Source: Octopus vulgaris (Eukaryota). Taken from it: a DNA stretch of 64,000 nucleotides. A program made the position numbers and the translations under genes. Where the stretch lies: the NCBI GenBank assembly GCA_951406725.2, contig OX597814.1, positions 102,796,001-102,860,000 on the forward strand, in the 5' to 3' direction. This document shows, one piece after another, positions 11,728-24,862 of the stretch. The notes below the pieces were generated by a model. It saw nothing but the letters and a program-made list of their open reading frames with translations, was not told where the DNA came from and ran no database searches. How positions within the stretch are numbered: the first letter of the stretch is position 1; each line of letters begins with the position of its first letter.

Positions 11728-12085
11728 GAGCAGGCGTAACTGTACGGTAAGGAGCTTGCTTTCCAACCACATGGTTCCGAGATCAGTCCCACTGTGTGGC
11801 ATGTTTGGCAAGTGTCTACTACTATAGCCTCAAGCCAAAGTCTTGTAACTGGATTTGGTAGATGGAAACGGGGAGAAGACCATCGTATATATCTATATAT
11901 CTACGTGTGTCTATCTTTCTGTCTGTGGTTGTTACCCTCACTGCTTGACAACCAGTGTTGGCGTGTTTACGCCCTTGTAACTTAGTGGTTCAGTAAACGG
12001 AACCAACAGAATAAGTTCCATTTCTTCGACTAAAACCATTTAAGGCGCTACTCCAGCATGGCCGAAGTCAATTGAATGAAACTAC
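11728..12085 (+). mobile_element. Near full-length tRNA-derived SINE
   Basis: tRNA-like head with A/B-box remnants, internal (TA)/(TG) tract and ccagcatggcc...gaaac tail. Relatives at 6512, 33150, 33755, 50885, 56720 and 61875. Confidence 0.78.
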
Positions 12086-12129
12086 ACGAGCACACGCACA
12101 CACACACATATTTAAATATATGTGTGTGT

Positions 12130-12410
12130 GAAGGCGGGTGGCTGAGTGGTTAGGGCATTCGACTCACGATCGTAATGTTGTCAGTTCGATTCCAGGCAAA
12201 GCGTTGTGTCCTTTCATTCACATTTGAATTAAATGCTTCGCGGTATTTTGTCTGTCTTTACATTCTGAGTTCAAATTCCACCGAGGTCGACTATGCTTTT
12301 CATCCTTTCGGGGTCGATAAATTAATTACCAGTTGCGTACTGGGATCGATCTAATCGACTGGTCCTCTTCCCTGAAAATTTCCGGCTTTGTGCCTAGAGT
12401 AGAAAAGAAT
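12130..12410 (+). mobile_element. SINE-derived composite: tRNA-like head plus conserved central domain (Meta-like)
   Basis: TGGCTGAGTGG A box, GTTCGATTCC B box, then gcttttcatcctttcggggtcgataaa. A related copy is at about 57160-57380. Confidence 0.65.
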
Positions 12411-12504
12411 ACTTATATACGGTTGTGTATTGTGGAACTTGTAGTCAATAAAGCTATACATAATAGGGGCTAAATATTAGGTTAAAAACCCTCTCAACAG
12501 ACAA

Positions 12505-12590
12505 AGCTGAACGCTGCCCGTATGACTCGAACCAACATCTCCTGTAAATTACACAAGCGTTCTACCCCTGGACCAATGCAACCCAGCCAA
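12505..12590 (-). pseudogene. tRNA-like sequence (tRNA pseudogene or SINE head)
   Basis: Minus strand has tggtccaggggtaga (A box/D loop) and gttcgagtc (B box/T loop); stems are imperfect. Confidence 0.45.
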
Positions 12591-13489
12591 TTTCTGTATC
12601 CAAAGTGGATTTTAACCAAGTATTAAAGTGCTCTTATTTACAGCATCATTTATTTTGGGACTAACTGTTCCAAGAATGAATTATTTCACCTTCTCTCTGA
12701 TTTTATAAGACATTATTTTAAGGTTTCATGCAGGGGTGACTGAATCACATGGATTCCTACTCGATTCCACTAAATGGCCCCTTGGGGAGCGTGTTCAACT
12801 ATTGACCAAAGCCTTGTGAGCGGGTTTGGTGTGCTTCAAGGGAAAAAACTATTACAGCGCAGCTTACATAAGGATACTCTCGTTACCTCCCGTACAAAAA
12901 CAAAAAATAAATCAAATTTAAGGGAAGTAACTGTAACAAGAAACGTTTCACAAACACTTCTGACTCGTTTTGATATTACCTCCCTTCCTAAGGAAGAAAT
13001 GCAACTCGTGACAATTTTCTAAATGACAGGTGTATAAAGCTGATCTCCATTCGCTGGCAAGGGCTATAATTTCGGACGATAATATTATTTCTAGATATGA
13101 TTTTGCATTGTAGTTAAGTATCTGTTTTTCTCTGACAATAGAACGTAATAGTAATGGTTGTTTTCTCTTTTTCCAATCAATGTCAATTCATAGTAGATAA
13201 CATCGTGTATACATGCTTCCAGTGAGATGTCAACATTCACATACCTTTCTCCACTCGTGGAGAAGTTGGGAGGAATAACCCGAGAGTGACACAGGCTTGC
13301 TTGGAGAGGAAAAGTTTGTCAGTTTAAGAATTGATGGGTTATGCACTTCAGAGAGGATGGGACAGATATGCGTGGGGTTAGGACACCGATGAAATCTTTG
13401 GAGCTGCTGTTAGTAGGATTCATTTTCATGACATGTAAGACCATACATCTGCAATATTCAACAGCATAGGCTGTTAAATATTGCCTTCA

Positions 13490-13880
13490 GGTTCTTCCAG
13501 GAAAAAGGAGACATACCTTTCATCAAGTTTGAGAAAATTCCGAACATCAGTAATGCCAGATGGAATTCTTCAACAATCGTAGCCCTTCTTGCATTTTCCT
13601 TCATACCACATGTAAGACATTGCAGATGGGCAGCCAATTCATCTCATATGACAGAGCAGCCTACTGGGTCAGTGACCAAGTGTATAGAGCTGAAGATTAT
13701 TCAGAGCTATTGCAAGCCTTACTACCCTGCAAGACTGCTTTGAAATACTTGACAAATCACTGGAAAGAAGTGAAATCAAAACTAAACATCAGCAGAAGTA
13801 ATCAATGCCGTGAGAGAGCAATTAAGGTCATGCAAGAAACAAAGCCAGCCTGCCATTGAGTTTCATTCTCTCCATTAGGC
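13490..13880 (+). pseudogene. DNA transposase C-terminal remnant (hAT-like)
   Basis: ...IPNISNARWNS... followed by ...RSNQCRERAIKVMQE, resembling ARW and NxxAER motifs; frameshifted. Confidence 0.4.
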
Positions 13881-13916
13881 TTGCCGCAACTTCACTATTG
13901 ACTAATGTGACTTTAA

Positions 13917-14137
13917 CCCTTTAGTGTTCAGATTACTCTGTAAAATGTAATACTTTTTCACTCAAATTATTTTGAATTAATCATGCATTATCTTATAGCT
14001 TTGAGGTTTCAATGACGTGATTGTTTATTTTTAGAATGTCAATGTAGGTTAGGTGTGAGAGGCTAGATATGGCCAGTTTGAATATAAAACATGTAGAATA
14101 TATTGGGCCGGATGTGGCCGGTTTAAACACTAAAGGG
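13917..14137. mobile_element. piggyBac-like MITE
   Basis: TTAA|CCCTTTAGTGTT...AACACTAAAGGG|TTAT. A more degenerate relative is at about 55770-55995. Confidence 0.8.
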
Positions 14138-15328
14138 TTATACGACTTACCTTCTTTTTATGGAAACTATATATAAATATATATGTGTGTGTATATGTGT
14201 ATGTATATGTATATATAAATATATATATATATATAATATAAATTGGACATGGGTGATCATTGTATTCTTTCTTGTCTTAAGGCTCACAGCCAAACTGCTG
14301 GGTGGATTCGTGTGAAAAATGGCACACATGTGGAGATGGGTGCATAGATTGGAATGCAGTTTATATTTTTTCCTAGCTCCCATACTTACCGAGAAAATCG
14401 ATTATAACTTTTTCTAATGGAATTCCCCTGTTTGTTCTGTCATTAAAACAACCAGTTGCTCACACAGCCGGCATATACCACTTTTCTAGCAAAAAGGGGA
14501 GTACAGTATGACAGTCAGCCAAAACTTGCGCTATGCTGTCTCTCTTCTTTCATTTCTGTGTGGGGTTAATAATCTTAATTTTTAGTTACAGTTTCTCTTT
14601 CAAACTACATTATAGGCAGAATTTTCGGATTAAGACAGTAGGGTGTTTTGAGAGAGATTTGACTGCTATTTCTGCCAGGTCTAGCTACCATGTAGAGGTC
14701 TGAATTTAACTTCCATTCACATATTTGCGTTTCAAAAATTTTAAATAATCTTTTCCATAAATCAACTATTATAAAAATTTTAAAAGATGACCTCACATTT
14801 TCTACGTATGTGTGTGTGTACCTTTAAAAGACGTTGATCATCACGACACACACCTTCACTCACTCACTCTATCTCTCTTTCTCACTCCCTTTCTCTCTCA
14901 CATACACATGCGCAAGTGCTCACACACAGGCACATACACGCATACACATACATGTCCATTTCATGTATTTTCTTTCAATTTCTGCTCTCTGCAAATAAAA
15001 GTTTTATGGATACAACTGCTTACGAAAATAGGGATAAATGTATAATTTCTTTCTATGTTCATAATTAAATGTTTTAATGATTAGACAGAAGTCCAATAGA
15101 ATAGCTTTCAGAAACAGACTACGTACAAATTCGTTCTTCACAACTTCTGAAGCTGTTTTCTGACAGTGGGTGGGAAATCAGCAAATTTTCACACAACTGG
15201 AGGCTCGAATTGGAACAGGGGACCGAAAATGATAAGGTTGAGAAACACTGCTATAGATTATGCCTAATCAAAAACGATCACAGCCACATCATCCAAACAG
15301 ACCGGGTGAAACCTGGCTTAGCTGCTAG

Positions 15329-15366
<38 letters not shown>

Positions 15367-15367
15367 G

Positions 15368-16170
15368 GGAGAATTCACAAAAAACCAAAAGACAAAGACT
15401 GGTGGTGTAGAGATAACAAACAGATTTATTAGTTTAACGCTTGGGAAGTGAAGAAGTCTTTAACATTTCAAACTTACGCTCTTCCACAGAAAAGAATACA
15501 GAAAAAAACAAGGAAAGAAAATAAAGAATGTGTAGTGGCTAGCAATCTATCATAGTGAATGCCAAACAGAAGGGCCACAGAGGAGAGCTAGGAAGAAGGG
15601 GAGATAATAAACTAGTGATGATCCCAAAATGAAGGTGCGTGCGTATAAGAGAGTATATGCATGTGGAAGAGGGATGGTGATCTTGACGTGTGCGTGTGTG
15701 TAGGTGTGTGGATGTTGGTCTGGGAAGTGGTCAGTGCTAGTGTGTAGTAGTGTGGTGTGATGGTGGGGAAAGCAAGGGTGGGGGTAGGTGGGATGGATAG
15801 GGAAGGTGGGGTTGGATTGTGTAAGGGTGGGTGGGGTTACAAGGGAGGGAGAAAGTGGGTAGAAGTGAAGAGAAGAGAGAAGGAGAGTAGGAGTGAAGAG
15901 AAGAATTAAGAGTCAGAGCAAGAGAGTAGAGGTGGGTGGGAAGAAGTAGGTATGAAGGGAAGAGAGGAGAGTTGAGCCCATGTGGTGCAAAGGAGTGAAG
16001 AGAGAAGATTAATTCCTGTACACGGTGCAAACAGGAGTCTGGATGGCCCCTGTGCAAGGACTATCCGAACACAGACAGGTGTTGCAAAGAGTGACCGGTA
16101 GAGCAGAAATGGCACGAGACCGGGGTGTCATTGCCAAGTTGGATGTCTTGGAGGTGTTCTGCAAACCAGT
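15368..16170 (-). mobile_element. Penelope-like element 3' fragment (GIY-YIG endonuclease C-terminus plus pLTR)
   Basis: Minus strand reads FAEHLQDIQLGNDTPVSCHF..GHS...QELIFSLHSFAPHGLN, then a pyrimidine-rich tail and ctgtggaagagcgtaagtttgaaa motif. Confidence 0.8.
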
Positions 16171-16355
16171 CAGCATGTTGTTATCCTCAGCCCATCCATA
16201 GATGGCATCTAGATCTTTCTGCAAGAGCGTAGCATCAGAGGTTTCCTTGACTGACTGTGCGACTTTTGCGTTGTCAGCATAGCTGGTAAGCATGGCTGCC
16301 TCTGTCACAGATGGCATATCCGATAGGGCTAGCATGAAAAACAGTGGCCCCAGAA
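16170..16355 (-). mobile_element. CR1/L2-group RT fragment
   Basis: GPLFFMLALSDM...SYADNAK...LQKDLDAIYGWAEDNNM. Confidence 0.75.
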
Positions 16356-16687
16356 GTATTTATTCATAACATAGTAACAGATTCCTCTCCGTACATATTT
16401 ATTTTTATCATCCCTGCCCTTAGTATTTAAGGCCACTTAGACAATTTCTTCTTAAATTTTCCTTCAATGTTTTTGTTTTGTATTTTATTGATTAGTTTTA
16501 ACAGTCCCGATGGCATGCTATTGTTTTTAAATATTAGTTGACCAATTAGGTTGCAGGATCGACATTATACTTATCATAGGAGTATAATGATGACATCACA
16601 CTTAATTTATATCAAAATTATTTCTTTATTGATATAATTACATAATGATTTCCCCACTCTGTTTACCTTAACTAAATTTTATTACTA

Positions 16688-18065
16688 TACTTAGCTTTTG
16701 TGGACTTGGAGAAAGCCTTTGACAGGGTCCCCTGATCCCTTATCTGGTGGGCGATGCGGAAACTGGAAATTGACGAATGGTTAATAAGGGCTGTACAGGC
16801 CCTTTACAGAGAGGCCATTAGTAAGGTTAGGATTGGCAATGAGTTTAGTGAAAAATTCTGGGTAGAAGTAGGGGTCCACCAAAGTTCAGCCCTCAGTCCC
16901 CTTTATTTCATCATAGTCCTCCAGGCAATAACAGAGGAATTCAAGACGGGTTGCCCCTGGAAATTCCTCTATGCTGATGACCTGATCCTCATAGCAGAAT
17001 CACTAACTGGAACTAGAAAAGAAATTTTGTGTGTGGAAGCTAGGTTTAAAATCAAAATGCCTTAGAGTCAATGTAGCAAAGACCAAAGTTCTAGTAAGTA
17101 GGAGGTTGAAATCATCACACATCCCTTTAGGTAGGTGGCCCTGCTTGATCTGTAGAAAAGGTGTAGGTAGAAACTCCATAAGATGTACCCAGTGTAAGCT
17201 ATGGACACATAAGAGGTGCAGCAACATCAAAGGAAAATTAACTGAGAAGATAGCTTTCGTGTGCGACAGATGCACAGGGGCAATAGACACCATTGATACT
17301 CAGAAAACAGATTCCATTACACTCCTGGGAGAGAAACTAGAAGTAGTTGATAGTTTCTGCAACCTAGGTGACCAAGTTAGTAGCAGGGGTGGATGCTCAT
17401 AGAGTGTTACCACTAGAATAAGAATAGCCTGAGCAAAGTTTAGGAAGCTTCTTCCCCTACTGGTGACAAAGGGTCTCTTGCTCAGAGTGAAAGGTAGATT
17501 GTACGACACATGTGTGTGAACTGCCATGCTCCATGGCAGTGAAACATGGGCTGTGACTGCAGAGGACATGAGTAGGCTTGGAAGAAATGAAGCTAGCATG
17601 ATCCGCTGGATGTGTAATGTCAGTGTGCATATACAACAAAGTGTAAGCAATCTGAGAGAAATGTTGAACATAAGAAGCATTGGATGTGGCATGCAAGAGA
17701 GACGTTTGCGTTGGTATGGCCATGTACTACGGATGGATGAGGAGAGATGTGTGAAGAAGTGCCACTCCCAACTGTTGAAGGAATCTGGGGTAGAGGTAGA
17801 CCCAGGAAGACATGGGATGAGATGGTCAAGCATGACCTACAAATGTTGGGCCTCACAGAGACTATGACGAAAGACCAAGATCTCTGGAGATATGCTGTGA
17901 CTGCGAAGACACGAAAAATGATGTGAGTTCATGGCTCGCAGGATGGCCTGCTGTGCTAACCTTGGATCTTAGGATGACCTGCTGTGCTTGAGGAGACCTA
18001 TTGAGTCAAGTATGTCAACACCAGCATCAAAATAAAAATCAAATGGAAATTGTAGTTGTGATAAT
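16688..18065 (+). mobile_element. RTE LINE fragment (RT, PHD-like finger, C-terminus, part of 3' UTR)
   Basis: AFVDLEKAFDRV, YADDL, WPCLICRKGVGRNSIRCTQCKLWTHKRC...FVCDRC, HGSETW, RRLRWYGHV; contains stops and frameshifts. Confidence 0.92.
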
Positions 18066-18229
18066 GATGGAAAGCATCCCAAAACAACTAAATGCAAACG
18101 TATTATATAAGAAAATAAAAGCAAATTTTACTGCAAAATAGGAGATCAATCTTGAATCTGTAATGTGGATTTGTAAATGAGAATGATTTCCTAACATGTT
18201 AAAATGGCTTAATGTAGCATAAAAATATT

Positions 18230-18960
18230 CTGCTTATCCCAGCACCTTACAGAGCCACAGTATTAGCTAAAAATATATGACACACACATCGGCCTTCAAC
18301 AAACAAGAAGGCACGACACTGTGTTTGGTGACCTGGGTTGGCGTACTTGGTGAAGTTCGTCAAATCTTGTGAAGTTACCAGACAGTTACACCAAATTTAA
18401 TGAAAGCAAATGATTCATGGCCTATTTCTGGGCCCTGGAAACGTGGGCATATGTTTCAAACATCAGTAACATACTCGTAATTGTAAATGCCTTTTCAAAA
18501 TGGATCGAAGCTTTCCTGTGTCAATCGCTTGACCGAGGCAGTAAAAAGCAAGTTGCTGGATGTCTTCACTCATTTTGGTGTGTCCACAGTTTTAGTATTG
18601 GACAACAGGCCTGAATTTGTCATGTTAAAGAATATGTTGTCATCAATGGGCTGCAGAAAACATCTGCTTACAGACCGGCATCTAACGGCACAGCTGAAAG
18701 AGCCTTACAAACTATGAAAGCTGCACTGAAGCATTTTGATCCAAAGACAGGGAATTTCAGCAACTACTTGAACAAAATTCTGTTCAACCATTGGAGTGCC
18801 TTGGGTGGTTGTAAATTATCACCAGCCAAAAAGTTAATGAAAAGACCATTGTGGATTGCTGTAAACTAATTCTTTAGAAGAGGTGAGGATGTGATACACA
18901 ACACTTCATTCAACAAGGTTGCATCCAAAGCAAAATATGTGATACATGCCAGAAAGAATA
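18230..18960 (+). mobile_element. Degenerate Ty3/gypsy integrase fragment
   Basis: ILVIVNAFSKWIEAF, VLVLDNRPEF and ASNGTAERA motifs of a DDE integrase core. Confidence 0.75.
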
Positions 18961-20169
18961 CTGCATAGATTAAGGAGGGTCACCCACTTTAGTTAGTGGC
19001 AGTTGTGCAACTGGTCCTGCTGAACACACGAGAACCAGAATTAAGTGCAACACCTGGTACAATGGTTCACATTGAGTCTGCAAGGATGCCTAACAGTGAT
19101 GGTGCAACTATATCAAGTTCCTGGGCTAGGCATGATACCAACGCCAGAGTTTTAAAAGAATTGGACCAGAGTATTACTGACAATGCAAACCATTAAAGAT
19201 AAAACATGAAAATTGCATCAAGTCCTCAGCTGAGGTGAAGCACAAGAATTGTGGCAGGATGTAAAGTGTTTGGAATTTGAAAGGGTATCCAGCTGTAAAG
19301 ATTCTGCCAAAACAGTCATAGAAGTCTAGTGCAAGCTTCTGCCAGGCCGGCTCATGTCAAACTGTCCCACACATGCTAGCATGGAAGGTGGATGTTAAAC
19401 ATTGGTGATGGTTTTTTTTAAATATTTTCATTTCTATTTAAGCAACCAGATTTCCCTCAACTAAAAGATTGTGTATGAACAAGGGGTCACAAAGCACCCT
19501 TCACATAGTAACCAAATCTCCCTCATAGCTTTACAGTAAGCCTAATAATTGAAATAACATTAAATATCTCAAGTTTCTCATTAAAATTGCTGCTTTACTG
19601 GCTTAGTAGGTGAAGATGTTTAGAAGTGAAGATTTCAAATCTCATCCAGGAATTACAAGGGGCCTTATTAAATATTTTCATTCTATTTCAGCTACCAAGT
19701 TTCCCTCAGCAAAGAGATTGTATCTGTGAGTGTGTGAACAAGGGGTCACAAGGCAGCCTTGGCATAGTAACCACATCTCCCTAATATCTTTATAGTAAGC
19801 CCAATAATTGAAATGAATTTAAGTATCTTGAAAACTGTTGGTTATAGCTCTGATTAAGAATGCAAATACCCAATTCTGTCTCATTATTATTATTACTATC
19901 TTTCATACCAGCAGCCTGAGCTTTTGCTGTTTTGCAGTGCATCTGCCCCCCCCCCCCACCAGTACTGGAAGTCTTTATCCTCTGACCTCTATTGGATGTC
20001 TTTCCCATGAACACCTCCATAGGCTTAATGCTCCCTCATCCCAACTTAGGGTTTATCTCCTATCTAATGTAGTGATTATGTAGTGCATAAAAAATGATGG
20101 TGTAGTGTATGCAGATTGAAATCTATTGTAAGTTTATGGGTTCTGCCAAATGCGAGCTTTCTTTTCAAG

Positions 20170-23100
20170 TACATGATGCTGCTATCCCCCATCCCAGGAT
20201 CTCATGGGCCCACACCTTCCACACCTTTAGTGTTGACACATTGAAAGGTAGGTTAGGTGCAATTGTTGAGATGCTTGAAAGAAGACGTGTAGATTTGTGC
20301 TGCATCCAAGAAGTAAGGTGGAGAGGCAGTTCTACTAGGTTCCACACAAGCAAAGAACATACGTACAAGATTTTCTGGGCCAGGAACACTGATAGAGTTG
20401 GAGTCATGGGTATACTTATTGTGAAGAAATGGGTTGATGAGATAATTGAGGTAGTCAGAGCCTGTGATAGAATACTTAGGATTAGATTAGTGCTGCAACA
20501 TGGATTACCAACCATTATCTTGGCTTATGCCCCTCAGCTAGGGCTACCTGATGAACAGAAAGATTGATTTTATGACACCCTCATTGATGAATGACAGGGA
20601 CCTTCTCTTTGTGGCTGGTGACTTCAATGGGCATGTTGGACAACATGTAGGGGTCTTCCATGGCGTACATGGTAGCCATGGATTTTGGTTCCTGCAACCA
20701 GGAGGAAACCAGGCTGCTGGAGTTCTGCGATGCAAATGATCTTATGGTTTGTAATACCAACTTCAGGAAGCCTGCCAGCCACCTACTCACCTACCGGTCT
20801 GGTGGACACACTAGGCAAATTGATTACATCCTTGCTAGGAAAAGGGAAAGATGGCTGCTTATAAATGCCAAAACCTTCCTAGATGAAGAATGTACCCCAG
20901 AACATAGACTAGTAGTTAGTGACTTCAGAATCAGGGCTAAATGGATGCCCAGAAGACAACCAGCATGGAGGAGAAGAGTCTGGAAGCTTAAAGATCTTGT
21001 GAATGGACAGAGATTTAGAGACATATTACTCAAAGCCTTTGATGAAATAAAAGGGGATATAGCATTACATGATGTGGAAGACAACTAGAGGTTTCTACGA
21101 GACAACCTGCTGAGGGCCACTGACCAGATCTGTGGATGGCACAAAGTCCCTTCTCGACCCAAAATAATGTGATGATGGAACAATGTTGTTGACAGGGCTA
21201 TTAGAAAAAAGAAACAGGCTTGGAAGGAATGGAAGAACGGTGGTAGCAGGGAATTGTATCAGACTGCCAGAAGCGAAGCTAGTAGACAGGTTTATTTAGC
21301 CAGTGGGGAAGCAGATAAGAAAAAATTCGACAATGTTCTGCATCATGAGGACCAAAGACTTGAAGTGTTTCATGTTGCAAGACAGTGTGAGAGAGAGAAT
21401 CATGATGTCATAGGAGAGAAATGTGTTTGCATGGATGATGACTCACTTACATTTAATGAGGCTGCACAGAGAGAGACTTGGAAACACCACTATGAAAGGT
21501 TGCTAAATGAAGAGAATGAATGTGAGAAAGAGAGTCTGCCAAATGCGACCCAACAGAGGGACCAGCTATCCGAATTGACAGTACCTTGGTAGATAAAGCA
21601 ATTAAGGGTATGAAGACAGGAAAAGCCCCCGGCCCATCAGGAATCACCGCAGAGCTGCTTAAAATATCTGGTGGTGTCAGCTATAGTCTAGTCACCTGTA
21701 TAGTCAACCAGGTGATACATGAAGGAGTCATACGCAATGACTGGTGTAGCAACACCAAAGTCAACTGCTCCAAAGGTAAAGGTGATGCATTAGATAAGAA
21801 GAATTACATAGGTATCAAGTTGTTGGATCAAGTAATAAAAGTCATGGAGAGGGTCATAGAGAGTTAGTTTAGATGAGATGCAGTTTGGGTTCGTACCAGG
21901 GAAAAGCACTACTGATGCTATATTTCTGGTAAGACAGCTGCAGGAGAAATACCTAGCCAAAGATAAACCTCTGTATCTAGCTTTTGTTGACATGGAGAAA
22001 GCCTTTGATAGGGTCCTCCAGTCTCTTATCTGATGGTCAATGCGGAAACTAGGGATGGATGAGTGGTTAGTGAGAGCTGTAGAAGCCATGTACTGGGACG
22101 CTGTCAGTAAGGTGAGGGTTGGCAATGAGTATAGTGAAGAATTCCAGGTAGGGGTAGGGGTTCACCAAGGATCAGTTTTCAGCCGCCTCTTATTCATCAT
22201 AGTCTGTCAGGCAATAACAGAGGAATTCAAGACAGGATGCCACTGGGGGCTTCTCTATGCTGAAGACCTTGCTCTAATTGATGAGTCACTATCAGAACTA
22301 GAGAAGTTTGAGGTGTGGAAGCAAGGTCTAGAATCGAAGGGCCCTAGAGTCAATCTAGCAAAGACCAAAGTCTTAATAAGTAGGAAGACAGACAAATCAC
22401 AAATCCCTTCAGGTAGATGGCCCTGCTCGATCTGTAGAAAAGGCATAGGTAGAAACTCCATAAGATGTACCCAGTGTAAGCTATGGACACATAAGAGGTG
22501 CAGCAATATCAAAGGAAGGCTAACTTGGAAGATAGTTTTTGTGTGTGGAAAATGCTCTGGGGCAATAAACACTGAAAATGTGCAGAAAACAGCTTCTGTC
22601 AAATTCCAGGGGGAAAACTAGAAGTAGTTGATAGCTCCTACCTTTGCTAGTGACAAGGGGCCTCTCGCTCAGAGTAAAAGGTAGACTGTATGACGCATGT
22701 GTGCGAACAGCTGTGAAACATGTGCCATGACTGCTGAGGACATGCGTAAGCTTGCAAGAAATGAAGTTAGTATACTCCACTGGATGTGTAATGTCAGTGT
22801 GCATGCAAGACAGAGTGTAAGAGCCCTGAGTGAAAAGTTGGACACAAGAAGCATTTGGTGTGGAGTGCAAGAGAGATGACTACACTGGTATGGTCATGTG
22901 TTGCGTATGGATGAGGACAGCTGTGTGAAAAAGTGTCACACCCTAAGAGTGTAGGGAACCTGTGGAAGAGGTAGATCCAGGAAGACATGGGATGAGGTAT
23001 TGAAGCATGACCTTCAAATGTTGGGCCTTACGGAGGAATGACAAGTGACCAAGACCTTTGGAGATATGCTGTGCAGGAGAAGACCTAACAAGCCAAGTGA

Positions 23101-23550
23101 GACTGTAACTATGACCTATGTCAGTGCAGCATAACCGGCCCTACAATGATTGGGCAATAAATTGTGATTGCGATGACCTGTTGATGCAAGTGAAGTCATT
23201 GTTGTGGCCGAAAATCAGTGCCGCCTGACTGGCACTCATGCCAATGGCATGTAAAAAGCACTATTGTAATGTGGTCGTTGCCAGAGTTGCCTGACTGGTC
23301 CCATGCTGGTGGCACATAAAAAGCCCCATTCAAGTGTGGTAGATGCCAGTACCATCTGACTGGCCCTTGTGCCAGTAGAACATAAAAAACACACACTACA
23401 CTCTTGGAGTAGGAAGGGCATCGAGCTGTAGAAACTTTGCTAGATCAGATTGGAGCCTGGTGCTGCCTTCAGGCTTGCCATCCCTCAGTCAAACTGTTCC
23501 CCCCGTGCCAGCATGGAAAGCAGACATTAAATGATGATGATGATGATGAT
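20170..23550 (+). mobile_element. Near full-length decayed RTE LINE (APE-RT-PHD-like finger), ending in (GAT)n
   Basis: CCIQEVRW, AYAPQ, GDFNGHVG, QIDYIL, GKAPGPSG, QGSV, YAEDL, CSIC...CTQC..WTHKRC...CGKC; 3' UTR minisatellite; taaatgatgatgat tail. Confidence 0.93.
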
Positions 23551-24244
23551 GTTGAAAATGATTGTGTGTGTGTGTGTGTGTGTGTCAAGAAGGGGTCACA
23601 GGGTAGCCTTGACATGGTAGCCAAATCACCTTCAAATCTTTATAGTAAGCCTAATAATTGAAATAAATTTAAATATCTTAATTTTTTCATTAATATTGTT
23701 GCTGCTTTTGGGGCCCTGTAGTAAGTGTGTTTAGAAGTGGAGGCTTCAAATCTTTGACAGGAATTACAAGGGACTTTATTAATTTTTTTTGTGCAGCCAA
23801 ATTTCCCTCAACCAAAAGATTGTGTGTGTGTGTCTGCGTGTGAAGAAGGCGCTAAAAAGCAGCCTTAATATAGTAACCAAACCCTGCTCAAATCTTTATA
23901 GTAAACCCAATAATTGAAATAAACTTAAATATCTTAATTTTCTCTTTAAAGTTTGTGGTGTATGCGAGAGATTCAAAATAAAGGCACCTACCTTTTCTTC
24001 GCTCAGATGGAGACCCTTCAGCGGTAACGGATCCTTCAACACAGCCCGACTCGAACGCTAGAGATAGCAGCTGCTTCACCCAACCTTAACAACGTGATGA
24101 CCCATCTTAGCTCCTCGGCGACCTGACTCGAAAAGGCAGAATTTTCTGCTTGCTGCACACGCGTCATGGCTGCCCCTTCCGGTCAGCTCCCCAGCTGCTG
24201 ATGTCATCCCACACGCCACCCTGATCTTAAAGATCACAATTTCT

Positions 24245-24606
24245 CTACTCCATGTCGCAGACCACCATCCAACCGGGAGGGCGCCTTGTGCATCGAGATG
24301 TTCTCAAGCTGGGCACCTCGTTCTCCCCCTCTCCACAATTGTCGTACGTCAAAGCGACAATCCTGCGAAGGTCCAAGACATGTCGCGGCATTCCATCCAC
24401 GGAGACGTTGTTTCTGGAATTGACCGCCGTCACCATTCCTCTGCTCCATTGAGACGTACAGCGCACCTTTCGTGGCTTAACCCAGACTTCCTCCCCTATT
24501 TTCATGCAAACGGGTCCCTTCTCTTCCTCGTGGCCCTCCAGCGCTTTGCTCGGGAGCCTCCATTCATATTTAAATACAGCTCTCTGCGGCACAGATTCCT
24601 CAGCTG
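24245..24606 (-). pseudogene. Gypsy integrase C-terminal remnant
   Basis: GEEVWVKP...RCTSQW...VSVDGMPRHVLDLR...LRTSRCTRRPPGW. Confidence 0.75.
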
Positions 24607-24862
24607 TGTGGAATGACGTCAGCAGCTGGAGAGCTGACCGGAACTTGGGGCTGACCAGAAGGGGCAGCCGTGATGCGCGCGCAGCGAGCGGGGAATTCTG
24701 CCTTTTCGAGTCGGGTCGCCGAGGGGCCAAGACGGGTCATCACGTTGTTATGGTTGGGTGAAGCAGCTACTATCTCTAGCGTTTGGGTCGGGCTGTGTTG
24801 AAGGATCTGTTACCGCTGAAGGGTCTCCATCTGAGCGAAGAGAAGGTAGGTGCCTTTATTTC
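24607..24862 (+). repeat. Third, inverted LTR copy inside the gypsy element
   Basis: Reverse complement of the terminal LTRs; begins exactly at TGTGG and lacks about the last 21 bp. Confidence 0.9.

Noticed and set aside
12505-12590. Functional tRNA gene
   Set aside because: Acceptor and anticodon stems do not pair well; the similar motif at about 27770-27855 is even weaker.
24245-24730. 161-aa ORF as a novel protein
   Set aside because: It is a chimera of the inverted LTR and the integrase tail.
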